Assembly (NCBI GenBank): GCA_045600485.1
Contig: JAZRXX010000088.1
Span: 20,260-84,259, forward strand
Length of the DNA: 64,000 nucleotides
Reading direction: 5' to 3'
Source: Bacteroidales bacterium
Lineage (GTDB): Bacteria > Bacteroidota > Bacteroidia > Bacteroidales > UBA3663
Part shown: positions 1 through 9,900 of the stretch, piece by piece
Numbering within the stretch: position 1 is the first letter of the stretch
Layout of the letters: each line of letters begins with the position of its first letter
Notes under the pieces: generated by a model
What the model was told of the DNA's origin: nothing
The model's input: only the letters and a program-made list of their open reading frames with translations
Database searches by the model: none
Position numbers and translations under genes: made by a program

Positions 1-61
1 ATGTACGGGGTTATAGAGATAACGTCTTCCAGACGTTTTTTAGTTTGTCTTCAAAGAATCT

Positions 62-781
62 CTAAATAAATCCTTTGATCAAATAAAAGACCACAGGAAC
101 AAGCAACGATGGCAGGAGATTGACCGTCTTGGTGTCCTTGATGCCTAGTATGCCAAGGCCAGAAGAGACAATCAATACACCACCCACGATGCTGAGTTCG
201 ATGCGCATCTGTTCGGGCATTCCTTCGCCACAGAAATAGCCAATGCAGTAGAACATACCCTGCCAGCAGAAGAGGACTGGGGCGGCCAGGAGCATGATCC
301 AGCCATAGGTTGCAGCAAGGACAGCCGAAGTCACAAGGTCCAATGTGGAGTTTGTGAATAGGAAGGTGTTGGCTGGTTCGCTGAACGACCATCCTTGGGT
401 AGGAGAAAGGGCAGATAGTACAGGTCCGACGATGCTGAACGTGCCAATGCAGTATAGCAAGATTCCTGTGACGAGACCTTGCAGGGCATTCGTCTCTTTG
501 CCCTGCTTCGCATTGAGTTTGGCATTCCATCGGTCAATGTGTCCGGCCAAATCAAGCTTAGTGCCGATCACGCCACCGAGGGCGATGCTCAGGATAAACA
601 GCACCGGAAACTCACTCTTGGCCATGTTGGGCAGAGCCGCATTCACTCCAAGCACGATACAGCATAACCCCAACCCATTGAAGAGTGCCTTTTTGTATTT
701 CTCGCCAATGCCAGTTCTAACTAAAGCTCCAAATGTACCACCAATGAGGATGGTGCAGGTATTTACAATTGTTCCTAACAT
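62..781 (-). CDS. DUF554 (YdfK/YqgA-like) membrane protein
   Basis: 239 aa, multiple TM segments; MLGTIVN..GG..G start and LYCIGTFSIVG motif typical of DUF554. Confidence 0.9.
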   Translation of the reverse strand: MLGTIVNTCTILIGGTFGALVRTGIGEKYKKALFNGLGLCCIVLGVNAALPNMAKSEFPVLFILSIALGGVIGTKLDLAGHIDRWNAKLNAKQGKETNALQGLVTGILLYCIGTFSIVGPVLSALSPTQGWSFSEPANTFLFTNSTLDLVTSAVLAATYGWIMLLAAPVLFCWQGMFYCIGYFCGEGMPEQMRIELSIVGGVLIVSSGLGILGIKDTKTVNLLPSLLVPVVFYLIKGFI

Positions 782-840
782 ATTATATTTACATTACTCG
801 CCTTCAGTTGTTGTATTATCACGCAAACGATGAATGATTG

Positions 841-848
841 CAAATATA
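841..848 (-). promoter_or_regulatory. Bacteroidetes -7 promoter element (TATATTTG) for DUF554 gene
   Basis: Matches TAnnTTTG about 60 bp upstream of the ATG. Confidence 0.6.
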
Positions 849-994
849 CTATTATTATTGATACAACGGTTAATTTAATGGTCAAAAAAAGTATTTGGAT
901 TACGCGAAACACATGGAATATGGGGAGCAGATAGCAAAATAACATCAAAATAACATCTTCATTATTGATTTGAACAATATAAAATAAGGTGATT

Positions 995-1320
995 GCAGAT
1001 AGATTTGGCTACTGTGCGAGTGGAAGAAACGCTTTCGCAAACTGTGGATTTGACTACCCATTCATGTGGAGCGCTATTGTAAGCTGTTTATATGAGTCCC
1101 CATTCAAGTGTAGTGCTATTGCAAGCTGTCGATTTGAGTTCACATTCAAGTGGAGTGCTATTGCAAACTGTCGATATGAGTTCCCATTCATGAGGAGTGC
1201 TATTGTAAGCTGTCGATTTGAGTTCCCATTCATGAGGAGTGCTTTTTGCTAGCTGTGGATTCGGGTTCCCGTTCATGTGGAGTGCTTTTGCAAGTTGCAG
1301 ATACGTACTTTAATCATGGA
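995..1320. repeat. Degenerate 42-bp tandem array (6 clear units plus decayed flanking units)
   Basis: Units start at 1037, 1079, 1121, 1163, 1205, 1248, 1290; consensus GCAAGCTGTCGATTTGAGTTCCCATTCATGTGGAGTGCTATT. Confidence 0.9.
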
Positions 1321-1470
1321 CTATGCTTGTTTGCCATCAGATGGAGCAGATTATTGACAAAAAGAGGTCAAATTTCAAGTTTTGATGTCAAAAAATGGAC
1401 GAAAAGTAATTATTGTAGCAGAGAATAATGATTTTTGCCAATGATGCTTGCTTTTCTTGAATTTTATTTA

Positions 1471-1478
1471 TACATTTG
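1471..1478 (+). promoter_or_regulatory. -7 promoter element (TACATTTG) for trpB2
   Basis: TAnnTTTG followed by an A-rich leader to ATG 1535. Confidence 0.7.
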
Positions 1479-1534
1479 CACGGCTAAACACGAATTAATA
1501 AATCAAAACCAAAAAACCTTTAATTTGCTATCCT

Positions 1535-2902
1535 ATGGAAAAGATTCCTTACAAAACCTATCTCGCGGAAGACGAGATTCCTACCCAATGGTATAATGTA
1601 CGTGCTGACATGAAGACAAAGCCAGCTCCTCTGGTAAATCCTGGCACTGGTCAGCCTATGTCCATTGAGGAGATGAACACAGTATTCTGCGAAGAACTCA
1701 ATAAGATGGAGGTGGACAACGATACCAAGTGGTTCGATATCCCCGAAGAGGTGTTGAGCTTCTACAAGATGTACCGTCCTTCGCCACTCACTCGTGCATA
1801 CTTCCTCGAAAAAGCTTTGGGTACTCCTGCCCACATCTATTATAAGTTCGAAGGCAACAATACTTCAGGTAGCCACAAACTGAACTCTGCGATTGCTCAG
1901 GCTTATGTGGCCAAGAAGCAGGGATTGAAGGGTGTGACCACCGAGACCGGAGCAGGTCAGTGGGGTACTGCACTTTCGATGGCTTGTGCCTTCCTGGGAC
2001 TCGACTGTCAAGTCTATATGGTGAAGTGTTCATACGAGCAGAAACCATTCCGCCGCGAGGTAATGCGTACTTATGGTGCTAAAGTTACCCCATCTCCAAG
2101 CAATACCACCGAAGTAGGTCGCAAGATTCTGGCAGAGCATCCTGGCACCACAGGTTCATTGGGATGTGCTATCTCGGAGGCTGTCGAGGCAGCTGTTACT
2201 CAGGATGGCTATCGTTATGTCTTGGGTTCTGTGCTCAATCAGGTGCTCATTCATCAGACCATCATTGGTCTCGAAACACAGGCAGCACTCAAGAAGTTGG
2301 GCGTCAAGGCCGACATGATCATCGGTTGCGCTGGTGGTGGCTCTAACCTCGGTGGTTTGGCAACTCCATTCATCGGTGAGATGCTTCGTGGTGAGGCCGA
2401 CTACAAGATCATTGCTGTCGAGCCAGCCTCTTGTCCAAGTTTCACCCGTGGTAAGTTTGCCTACGACTTCTGCGATACAGGTCGTATCTGTCCATTGGCC
2501 AAGATGTACACTTTGGGCAGCCAGTTCATTCCTTCGGCCAACCATGCTGGCGGTCTTCGCTTCCATGGCATGAGCCCAATCCTCTCGCAACTCTATCATG
2601 ACGGTCTCTTTGAGGCACGTTCGGTTGAGCAGACACAGGTCTTCGAGGCAGCTACACTCTTTGCCCGCACCGAAGGCATCCTTCCTGCACCAGAGTCAAG
2701 CCACGCTATCCGTGTCGCTATCGACGAGGCATTGAAGTGCAAGGAGACTGGTGAGGCCAAGAACATCGTGCTCGGATTGACGGGTACCGGTTACTTCGAT
2801 ATGGTAGCTTACGAGAAGTTCAATTCGAAGGAGATGACCGACTATATCCCAACTGACGAGGAGATTGCTGAGTATCTCTCGAAGCTCCCTCAGATTCAGT
2901 AA
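1535..2902 (+). CDS. trpB2: TrpB-like PLP-dependent enzyme (tryptophan synthase beta type 2)
   Basis: 455 aa; GSHKLN PLP lysine, ETGAGQWG, GGGSN and PAPESSHA motifs; N-terminal extension of TrpB2. Confidence 0.95.
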   Translation: MEKIPYKTYLAEDEIPTQWYNVRADMKTKPAPLVNPGTGQPMSIEEMNTVFCEELNKMEVDNDTKWFDIPEEVLSFYKMYRPSPLTRAYFLEKALGTPAHIYYKFEGNNTSGSHKLNSAIAQAYVAKKQGLKGVTTETGAGQWGTALSMACAFLGLDCQVYMVKCSYEQKPFRREVMRTYGAKVTPSPSNTTEVGRKILAEHPGTTGSLGCAISEAVEAAVTQDGYRYVLGSVLNQVLIHQTIIGLETQAALKKLGVKADMIIGCAGGGSNLGGLATPFIGEMLRGEADYKIIAVEPASCPSFTRGKFAYDFCDTGRICPLAKMYTLGSQFIPSANHAGGLRFHGMSPILSQLYHDGLFEARSVEQTQVFEAATLFARTEGILPAPESSHAIRVAIDEALKCKETGEAKNIVLGLTGTGYFDMVAYEKFNSKEMTDYIPTDEEIAEYLSKLPQIQ

Positions 2903-2909
2903 TTGTTTG

Positions 2910-2958
2910 ATTAGGCACTCAAACAAAGGTCTTTGTGGCCCTTGTGCGAGTGCCTAAT
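2910..2958. terminator. Stem-loop after trpB2
   Basis: ATTAGGCACTC...GAGTGCCTAAT perfect 11-bp outer stem. Confidence 0.55.
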
Positions 2959-2964
2959 ACTATA

Positions 2965-3060
2965 ATTCAAGTTTCGCAAGTTCAACTTGAGGCTAAAGGC
3001 TAAAAGGTAAAGGCCGCCACAACAGTTTGTAAGCAAGTTAAAAACTTGCGAAAGTTGAAT
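2965..3060. repeat. 18-bp inverted repeat enclosing heptamer-like repeats
   Basis: ATTCAAGTTTCGCAAGTT (2965) and AACTTGCGAAAGTTGAAT (ends 3060), 1 mismatch. Confidence 0.7.
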
Positions 3061-3094
3061 ACTATATTAACTGACCTAATAAAAACACATTGTG

Positions 3095-4699
3095 ATGAAA
3101 AAGATGCTTTTGGCAGCCATGCCATTCTTGTTGTGGAGTTGCAGTAATGCGCCCAAGTTGACCGATACGCAAGTACAGACCCAAGCCGGTATCGTTGAGG
3201 GTACGAAAGAGGGCGATCTGCTCGTCTTCCGTGGTGTTCCGTTTGCGCAGCCACCTGTTGGTGACTTGCGATGGAAAGAGCCACAGCCCCTGCAGTCATG
3301 GTCGGGGGTACGTATGTGCAAGGAGTTCGGCGATGATCCGATGCAGTTGGATCTGTTTGGAGATATGAACTTCCTGGCTAAAGGCAGAAGCGAAGACTGT
3401 CTGTATCTGAATATCTGGTCTCCACAGCAAGCCAAGGACTGTCCGGTGTTGATTTACTTCAACGGTGGTGGCTTGATGTGTGGTTCTGGTTCTGAGCCTC
3501 GTTATGCAGGCGATTCTTTGGCTGCTCATGGAATCATTGCCATTACAGCCAACTATCGAGAAGGTGTGTTCGGTTATCTGGCACATCCGGAACTGACTGC
3601 CGAATCCCCCTACCACACGTCGGGCAATTATGGCGCACTCGATCAGGTTGCTGCCATCCAGTGGGTTTACGATAATATCCAGGCATTTGGCGGCGATCCG
3701 AAAAAGATCACTATTGTTGGTGAGTCTGCCGGATCCTTCTCTGTTTCTGTCTTGATGGCCTCTCCATTGTGCAAGAATCTGTTGGGCGCAGCCATGGGTT
3801 CGAGTGGTGCTGAGATCAAACCACACAAAGCCATGCCATTGTCTGTAGCCGAAGAGAGAGGTGCTGCGCTTCTGGAGCGAAAGGGAGTCGGTTCGATAGC
3901 CGAATTACGAGCTCTTTCGGCCGACTCGCTGCAGGCATTGCTCCCACCAATGGGAATGTCGAGCATCGTGGTCGATGGCTATCTGTTGACCGCAACCGTC
4001 GAGGAGATCTTTGCCCGCAATGAACAGGCTCAGGTGCCATTGCTTGTGGGTTGGAATTCGATGGAGGCTCATCCGATGCAGTTGTTGGCCGGACAAGCAC
4101 CTACGCTCAAGAATCTTGAGACTGCATTGACGCCTCGCTTCGGTGCACGTACCAAAGAGGTGCTCGATGCATTTGGCATCAAGAGCGATTCAGATGTAAT
4201 GGGCTGGGGAACTACCGAACTGGCAGGCGCTTTGTTTACCGGGTTCCCAACCTGGAAGTGGGCTGATTTGCACAAGGCATCAAGCCAACCTGTCTATCGC
4301 TACCATTATGATCATGCCCGTCCTGCTATGGCCGTCGAAGGTAAAGTGGCAGGCTTGGCAGGTGGAGTGCGAGATGCCGACGAGAAAGAGGCTGCTGCTG
4401 CACAGCAACAGGCGTTGCAAGGTGCTGTCCATTCTGCCGATATCGAATACGCCATGGGCAATCTGAAGACCAATCTTATTTACGCGTGGACCGACGAAGA
4501 CTTCCAGGTTGAGCATACTTTCCTGAACTATTATGCGAACTTCATCAAGAATCATAATCCGAACGGAGAGGGGCTTGCAGCCTGGCGTCCTATCAATGGC
4601 GAGGCTGTTGCACCCGTGATGCACATTGATGTAGAGAGCGTCGAGAAGGTCGATGAATCCATCGAAAAAGCCTACCAGCTGCTTGATACAATCTTGTAA
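3095..4699 (+). CDS. Type-B carboxylesterase, lipoprotein
   Basis: Lipobox LWSC; FRGVPFAQPPVGDLRW, SEDCLYLNIW, GESAG nucleophile elbow, HSADIEY. Confidence 0.92.
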   Translation: MKKMLLAAMPFLLWSCSNAPKLTDTQVQTQAGIVEGTKEGDLLVFRGVPFAQPPVGDLRWKEPQPLQSWSGVRMCKEFGDDPMQLDLFGDMNFLAKGRSEDCLYLNIWSPQQAKDCPVLIYFNGGGLMCGSGSEPRYAGDSLAAHGIIAITANYREGVFGYLAHPELTAESPYHTSGNYGALDQVAAIQWVYDNIQAFGGDPKKITIVGESAGSFSVSVLMASPLCKNLLGAAMGSSGAEIKPHKAMPLSVAEERGAALLERKGVGSIAELRALSADSLQALLPPMGMSSIVVDGYLLTATVEEIFARNEQAQVPLLVGWNSMEAHPMQLLAGQAPTLKNLETALTPRFGARTKEVLDAFGIKSDSDVMGWGTTELAGALFTGFPTWKWADLHKASSQPVYRYHYDHARPAMAVEGKVAGLAGGVRDADEKEAAAAQQQALQGAVHSADIEYAMGNLKTNLIYAWTDEDFQVEHTFLNYYANFIKNHNPNGEGLAAWRPINGEAVAPVMHIDVESVEKVDESIEKAYQLLDTIL

Positions 4700-4701
4700 A
4701 T

Positions 4702-6954
4702 ATGCAAAAACAGAAACAATGGATGGTGGCCCTCGGCCTCATGTCTGTCTCTTTGCTGGCATTGCATCTATGGGTGCCACGTCCGTTGTTTCGAGATCCG
4801 ACATCGACCGTAGTGACCGATTGCCACGGAGAACTACTTGGAGCCAGAATATCGGCCGATGAACAATGGCGATTTCCAGAAGCAGACAGTCTGTCGCGCA
4901 AGTTCGCCGAATGTATTGTCGAATTCGAAGATCGCCGATTCCGATATCATCCAGGAGTAGATCCGTTGTCGATCGGTCGTGCTATGCTCCATAATATACG
5001 AGGAAAGCATGTGCTTGAGGGAGGAAGCACGCTGACCATGCAGCTGGCACGCATGGCACGACACAATCAGCAACGTAACCTCTGGCAGAAGTTCATCGAG
5101 ATGCTGTGGGCATTCGACATAGAATGTACATACAGTAAAGAGGAGATCTTGCGGCTTTACGCCTCGCATGCACCCTTCGGTGGAAATACCGTAGGCGTAG
5201 AAGCAGCAGCCTGGAGATACTTTGGCCGTAGCGCCAATCACCTCTCGTGGGCCGAGAATGCTACGTTGGCAGTACTCCCCAACTCGCCTGCGTTGATCCA
5301 CCTCAGTCGCAACCGAGAGGTGTTGAAGAACAAGCGCGATGCGTTGTTGCGCCGTTTGTGCGATAAGGGAGTGCTGACCACGCAAGAGTTATCGTTGGCC
5401 ATGGACGAACCTTTGCCCCAAGTTCCCTTGCCCATTCCCAACCGGGCACCGCATCTGTTGGCTAATCTGGCCCGTCAGCACGAAGGTGAATTGATGCGTT
5501 CGACGGTTGATCTGCACCTACAGCTGCTTGTTCAAGATCTGGCCGATCGTTATTCTTTGCGCTACAAGTCCAATTTCATCAGCGATATTGCTGTCTTGGT
5601 GCTCGATGTCGAAAGTGGCCAAGTGTTAGCTTATGTTGGCAACAGCAGTCAAGTGACTGCCACATCGCAAGTCGATAATATCCGTAGCGAACGGAGTCCG
5701 GGCAGTCTGCTCAAGCCGATTCTCTATGCGGCGATGATGAATGACGGACAGATCACACCCCGCATGATTTTTGCCGACACACCACTCAACCTGAATGGTT
5801 TTACGCCGATGAACTTCAGCAAAACCTATCGTGGTGTCGTTCCTGCCGACGAGGCGATTGTCCGTTCGCTCAATGTGCCATTGGTCCGCATGCTTTCGCA
5901 GTATGGAACGGGTCGATTTATGTCGGTGCTGCGCTGGTTGGGAATGACAACATTGCGATTCGACGAAGATCACTATGGTGCCTCAATCATTCTGGGTGGA
6001 GCCGAGGCAACCTTGTGGGATTTGACGCACATGTATGCCCGGTTGTCGCAGATACTGCTGCAACCGAAGAACGATGACACGCAGCGTCTGTTGAGGGCCT
6101 CCATCTGGAATGCTTACGAGGCGATGAGTGCCTTGAATCGTCCGGAAGAGGAGGCTGACTGGCAGAACTTCAGTTCGATGAAGCGGATTGCCTGGAAGAC
6201 GGGAACCAGCTGGGGGTCGCGCGATGCCTGGTCGATTGGAACTACACCTCGCTATGCCGTGGGTGTCTGGGTTGGAAATTCGACGGGAGAGGGGCGAGCC
6301 GGAATGACCGGTATTGGCTATGCCTCACCTGTGATGTTTGATGTCTTTTCGTTGCTCGAAGGTGGAGAGTGGTTCAAGGAGCCGCTTGACGAAATGGAGG
6401 CCGTCAGAATCTGTCGAAACAGCGGACATATCGCATCTGCCATCTGTGCCGATACCGAGACGCAGTTTGTTCCGAAATCGTGTATGACGACATCCGTCTG
6501 TCCTTATTGCCGTTGGGTACATCTGTCTGCCGATGGACGTTGGCAGGTTAACAGTACGGGAGAATCGGTTTCGAACATTCGTACAGAGTCGCGTTTTGTC
6601 TTGCCTCCTGTTCCGGAGTATTACTACGCAGCGCATACTGCCACTTATCGGTCATTGCCTCCGCTTCGTCCGGATTGTCAGAGTGACTCGAAGGAGTTCC
6701 TCTCTTTCATTACTCCCGAGCATGGTTCGACGATTGTGATTCCCCGTAACTTTGGCGGCGAGAGCGAAAAGGTGGTCTTCAAAGCAGTTTGCCATGATGC
6801 AGAGGCGACACTCTTCTGGCATCTTGATGACCGCTTCATCGGACAGACAAATAAACAACATGAACTGGCTTTTGCGCCCACCGAGGGGCAGCATGCTTTG
6901 ACGATAGTTGATGGCCATGGCAACAGCCGATCGGTTTTGTTTAGTGTAAAGTGA
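4702..6954 (+). CDS. pbpC: Penicillin-binding protein 1C
   Basis: EDRRF and GGSTLTMQLAR transglycosylase motifs, SLLK/SLN/KTG transpeptidase motifs, BiPBP C-terminus; adjacent to alpha-2-macroglobulin. Confidence 0.95.
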   Translation: MQKQKQWMVALGLMSVSLLALHLWVPRPLFRDPTSTVVTDCHGELLGARISADEQWRFPEADSLSRKFAECIVEFEDRRFRYHPGVDPLSIGRAMLHNIRGKHVLEGGSTLTMQLARMARHNQQRNLWQKFIEMLWAFDIECTYSKEEILRLYASHAPFGGNTVGVEAAAWRYFGRSANHLSWAENATLAVLPNSPALIHLSRNREVLKNKRDALLRRLCDKGVLTTQELSLAMDEPLPQVPLPIPNRAPHLLANLARQHEGELMRSTVDLHLQLLVQDLADRYSLRYKSNFISDIAVLVLDVESGQVLAYVGNSSQVTATSQVDNIRSERSPGSLLKPILYAAMMNDGQITPRMIFADTPLNLNGFTPMNFSKTYRGVVPADEAIVRSLNVPLVRMLSQYGTGRFMSVLRWLGMTTLRFDEDHYGASIILGGAEATLWDLTHMYARLSQILLQPKNDDTQRLLRASIWNAYEAMSALNRPEEEADWQNFSSMKRIAWKTGTSWGSRDAWSIGTTPRYAVGVWVGNSTGEGRAGMTGIGYASPVMFDVFSLLEGGEWFKEPLDEMEAVRICRNSGHIASAICADTETQFVPKSCMTTSVCPYCRWVHLSADGRWQVNSTGESVSNIRTESRFVLPPVPEYYYAAHTATYRSLPPLRPDCQSDSKEFLSFITPEHGSTIVIPRNFGGESEKVVFKAVCHDAEATLFWHLDDRFIGQTNKQHELAFAPTEGQHALTIVDGHGNSRSVLFSVK

Positions 6955-6987
6955 AAAATGAAAAGTGTAAAGTGAAAAATGAAAAGT
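6943..6987 (+). repeat. 21-bp tandem duplication of the pbpC stop / A2M start junction
   Basis: AGTGTAAAGTGAAAAATGAAA x2 (6943, 6964). Confidence 0.85.
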
Positions 6988-9900
6988 AAATTATCAATCC
7001 TATGGATCATGATTGGCATTCTGTTTTGCCAATGTTCCAAAGTGGTCGATGCACCAGAAGTGCCACAGTACAACGAGTACATTACAGCATATACCAGCGG
7101 AACGCTTTCGCGTAAGGCTGATATCCGAATCGTATTTTCGGAAGATGTGCCCCAAGGCAAGTTGGACAGTGTTCTGCCGAATGCTGTCATGCAACTGTCG
7201 CCGAAGGTGGATGGAACTTATAGTTTTGCCGATTCGCACACATTGGTCTTCTCTCCCAAAGAGGAGATGAAGCGTAACACGAAATATACAGTCATTGTCC
7301 ACACAGACAAACTCTTTGCTGATGCCAAGGAATTCCAATACTCGTTTCTGACACGTCCATTTGCCGTGGGTGGAGGTTTGAAATCGTTCGACGTGACCGA
7401 CGATGACCAATATGACTTGCGCTTCAATCTGATTACCGCCGACAGCGAGTTGCCACAGGTTGTCGAGAAACATGTTACCTGCAGTATGGAGGGAGAGCTG
7501 TCTTGGACACACTCAGGCGATGGCTTGAACCATGAACTTAAAGTAAAAGTCAATCCGACCACCGAGAGTACGTTGACCTTGACACAAGAGGCAGACCGGT
7601 CAATTGACGCCAACGAGCAGACCATTGCTACCGTTTCGCTTCCATCGACCAAGATCTTTACCGTAGTGAGCCAGACAACCCGTCAGGGAGATAGCAAATG
7701 TATCGAAGTAACCTTCAACAAGATGCTCGATCCGAAGCGTTCGGTTCAGGGATTGGTCTATGTGAAAGGGAAGAAGCTTGAGGCCACCATCGAAAAGAAT
7801 AAGGTCCTGTTGTTCGGAGACTTGAAGGAGGGTGAGACACTCGATATTATCATCGACAAGAACCTTACCAGCAAGAGTAATGTGAAGATAACCCCATCGG
7901 TTGTCTCTTCGGTTACTGTTTCGTACTACAAGCCGTCGGTCGAATTTGTGGGCAATGGAGCGATTGTGCCACAATCGGACCGCATTCTGATTCCGTTCCG
8001 TTCGGTCTATATGCGTGGCGTACGCGTACTTGTATTCAAGGTGTTTGGCAACCGTGTTGCTTCGTTGATGCAGGAGGGTGATATTGATGGTTGCTACAAT
8101 TTCAGTTATCTGGCCCGTCCGGTTTGTGCCACGACTTTCTTTATTGATGACAAAGGGGTGGATTTGAGCGATTGGCATACCTTTGCCATCGACCTTACCG
8201 ATCAGTTCAAGATGGAACCGGGTGCCATGTACCGTGTCGAACTGTCGCTCGATGCCCGTCTATCGGCTTGGCCGAACGACACATTACCTAAAGGCACTCG
8301 CGAAGAGTTGGCCGACGACGATGCCCAGGTGATGGAGTCCAGCAATAACCGGTTCGATAATGGCTATTGGTATTATACCGGCCAGGCTTTCGATGAAGAG
8401 CATTGGTGGGTTGACAACTACTACCAGTTGCGTAGAGATCCGGGTTCAGCCTATTACTATGATTCCAAGACAGTCGCCAAGAACATTCTGGCTACCAATA
8501 TCGGTCTGACAGCTTTGCGTGGCGAAGGAAACAGCTTGACCGTTACTGCCATCAACCTGCCGGATGCCCAGCCGATGGCCGATGTCAGGATGGAAATCTT
8601 TAACCTCCAGCAACAGAAGATCGGGGAGGAAAAGAGCAACAGCGAGGGAATCGCTACTTTGGACTATAATGCACGATTGGGTAAGCCTCACTATCTTGTA
8701 GCACGCAAGGGCAACGATGTCTCGTATTTGAAATTGGCCGAAGGCTCTGCCTTATCGACGAGTACTTTTGATGTTTCAGGCGATGTTGTGCAACGCGGTT
8801 TGAAGGGCTATATCTATGGAGAACGCGGTGTGTGGCGTCCAGGAGATACCCTCCACATCGGTTTTATGCTCAATGACCGCAATCACACTCTGCCAGCCGA
8901 GCACCCGGTTACTCTGAAACTCTCCAATCCGTTAGGTCAGGTCACCAACCGACTCACCAAGACTTCGGGCGCCATGGGTATCTATGCTTTTACCATCCCT
9001 ACGGCAGCCGATGCCCCAACCGGTATCTGGAATGCACAGATCAGTGTGGGTGGTGTTTCGTTCGACAAGAGCATTCGTATTGAAGCCATCAAACCGAACC
9101 GACTGAAGATTGACTTGAAACTACCGGAAGGAACTCTCTCGGCAGGCACGAACTCTGCCAGTCTGCACACCGAATGGCTGAATGGCAATCAGGCAGGTGG
9201 ACTGAAGTATGATGTATCAGCCACCATTGTATCGACAACGACCTCATTCAAGGAATGGAAAGGCTTTGTGTTCGACGATCCGACAAAGACCTTCGAAACC
9301 TCCGAAATCGAGGTGGGCAAGGGCTCCGTCGATGCCTCAGGTCATGCAGACATCCGTATGAATTTCCAGACCGACAAGAAGGCTCCTGGTATGCTGGCGG
9401 CTAATCTGGTCACTCATGTCTATGAGCCATCGGGAGAGTTCAGTGTGGATGGCGTTCGCGCTTTGGTCTCACCATATCGTCAGTTTATTGGCATCAAGGC
9501 TCCATCGCAAAGCCGTCAGTCGCATCTGGAAACCGACAAGGATCAGAACTATTCGGTTGTTTCGGTCGATAAAGATGGCAAGCCAGTCGGCAATACGGCA
9601 GTTCAAGTTGAGGTCTATAAGGTTGAATGGTACTGGTGGTGGCATTCTTCGCAGGATAATCTGGCTGGTTATACAACCCGAAGCTACAACAAACCGGTCA
9701 AGACACTCACCGTATTGACCGATGCGATGGGACAGGGTTCCTTTACGCTCAACATGACCGAAGCCAACTGGGGAACCTATCTGATTGTAGCGCAAGACAA
9801 GGAGGGAGGTCATTCGACCGGCGTGCTCTCCTATTTTGATTGGCCATGGATGACCTCTCGTCGCAGCGCCGATGGCAAAGACAATGCAACAGCCCTCACT

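Noticed and set aside
935-957. CAAAATAACAT x2 as a regulator site
   Set aside because: Only two copies in AT-rich DNA; insufficient support.
989-1428. ORFs 989-1252, 1088-1276 and 1246-1428 as proteins
   Set aside because: They are by-products of a 42-bp (multiple of 3) array, and the array contains a frameshifting insertion.
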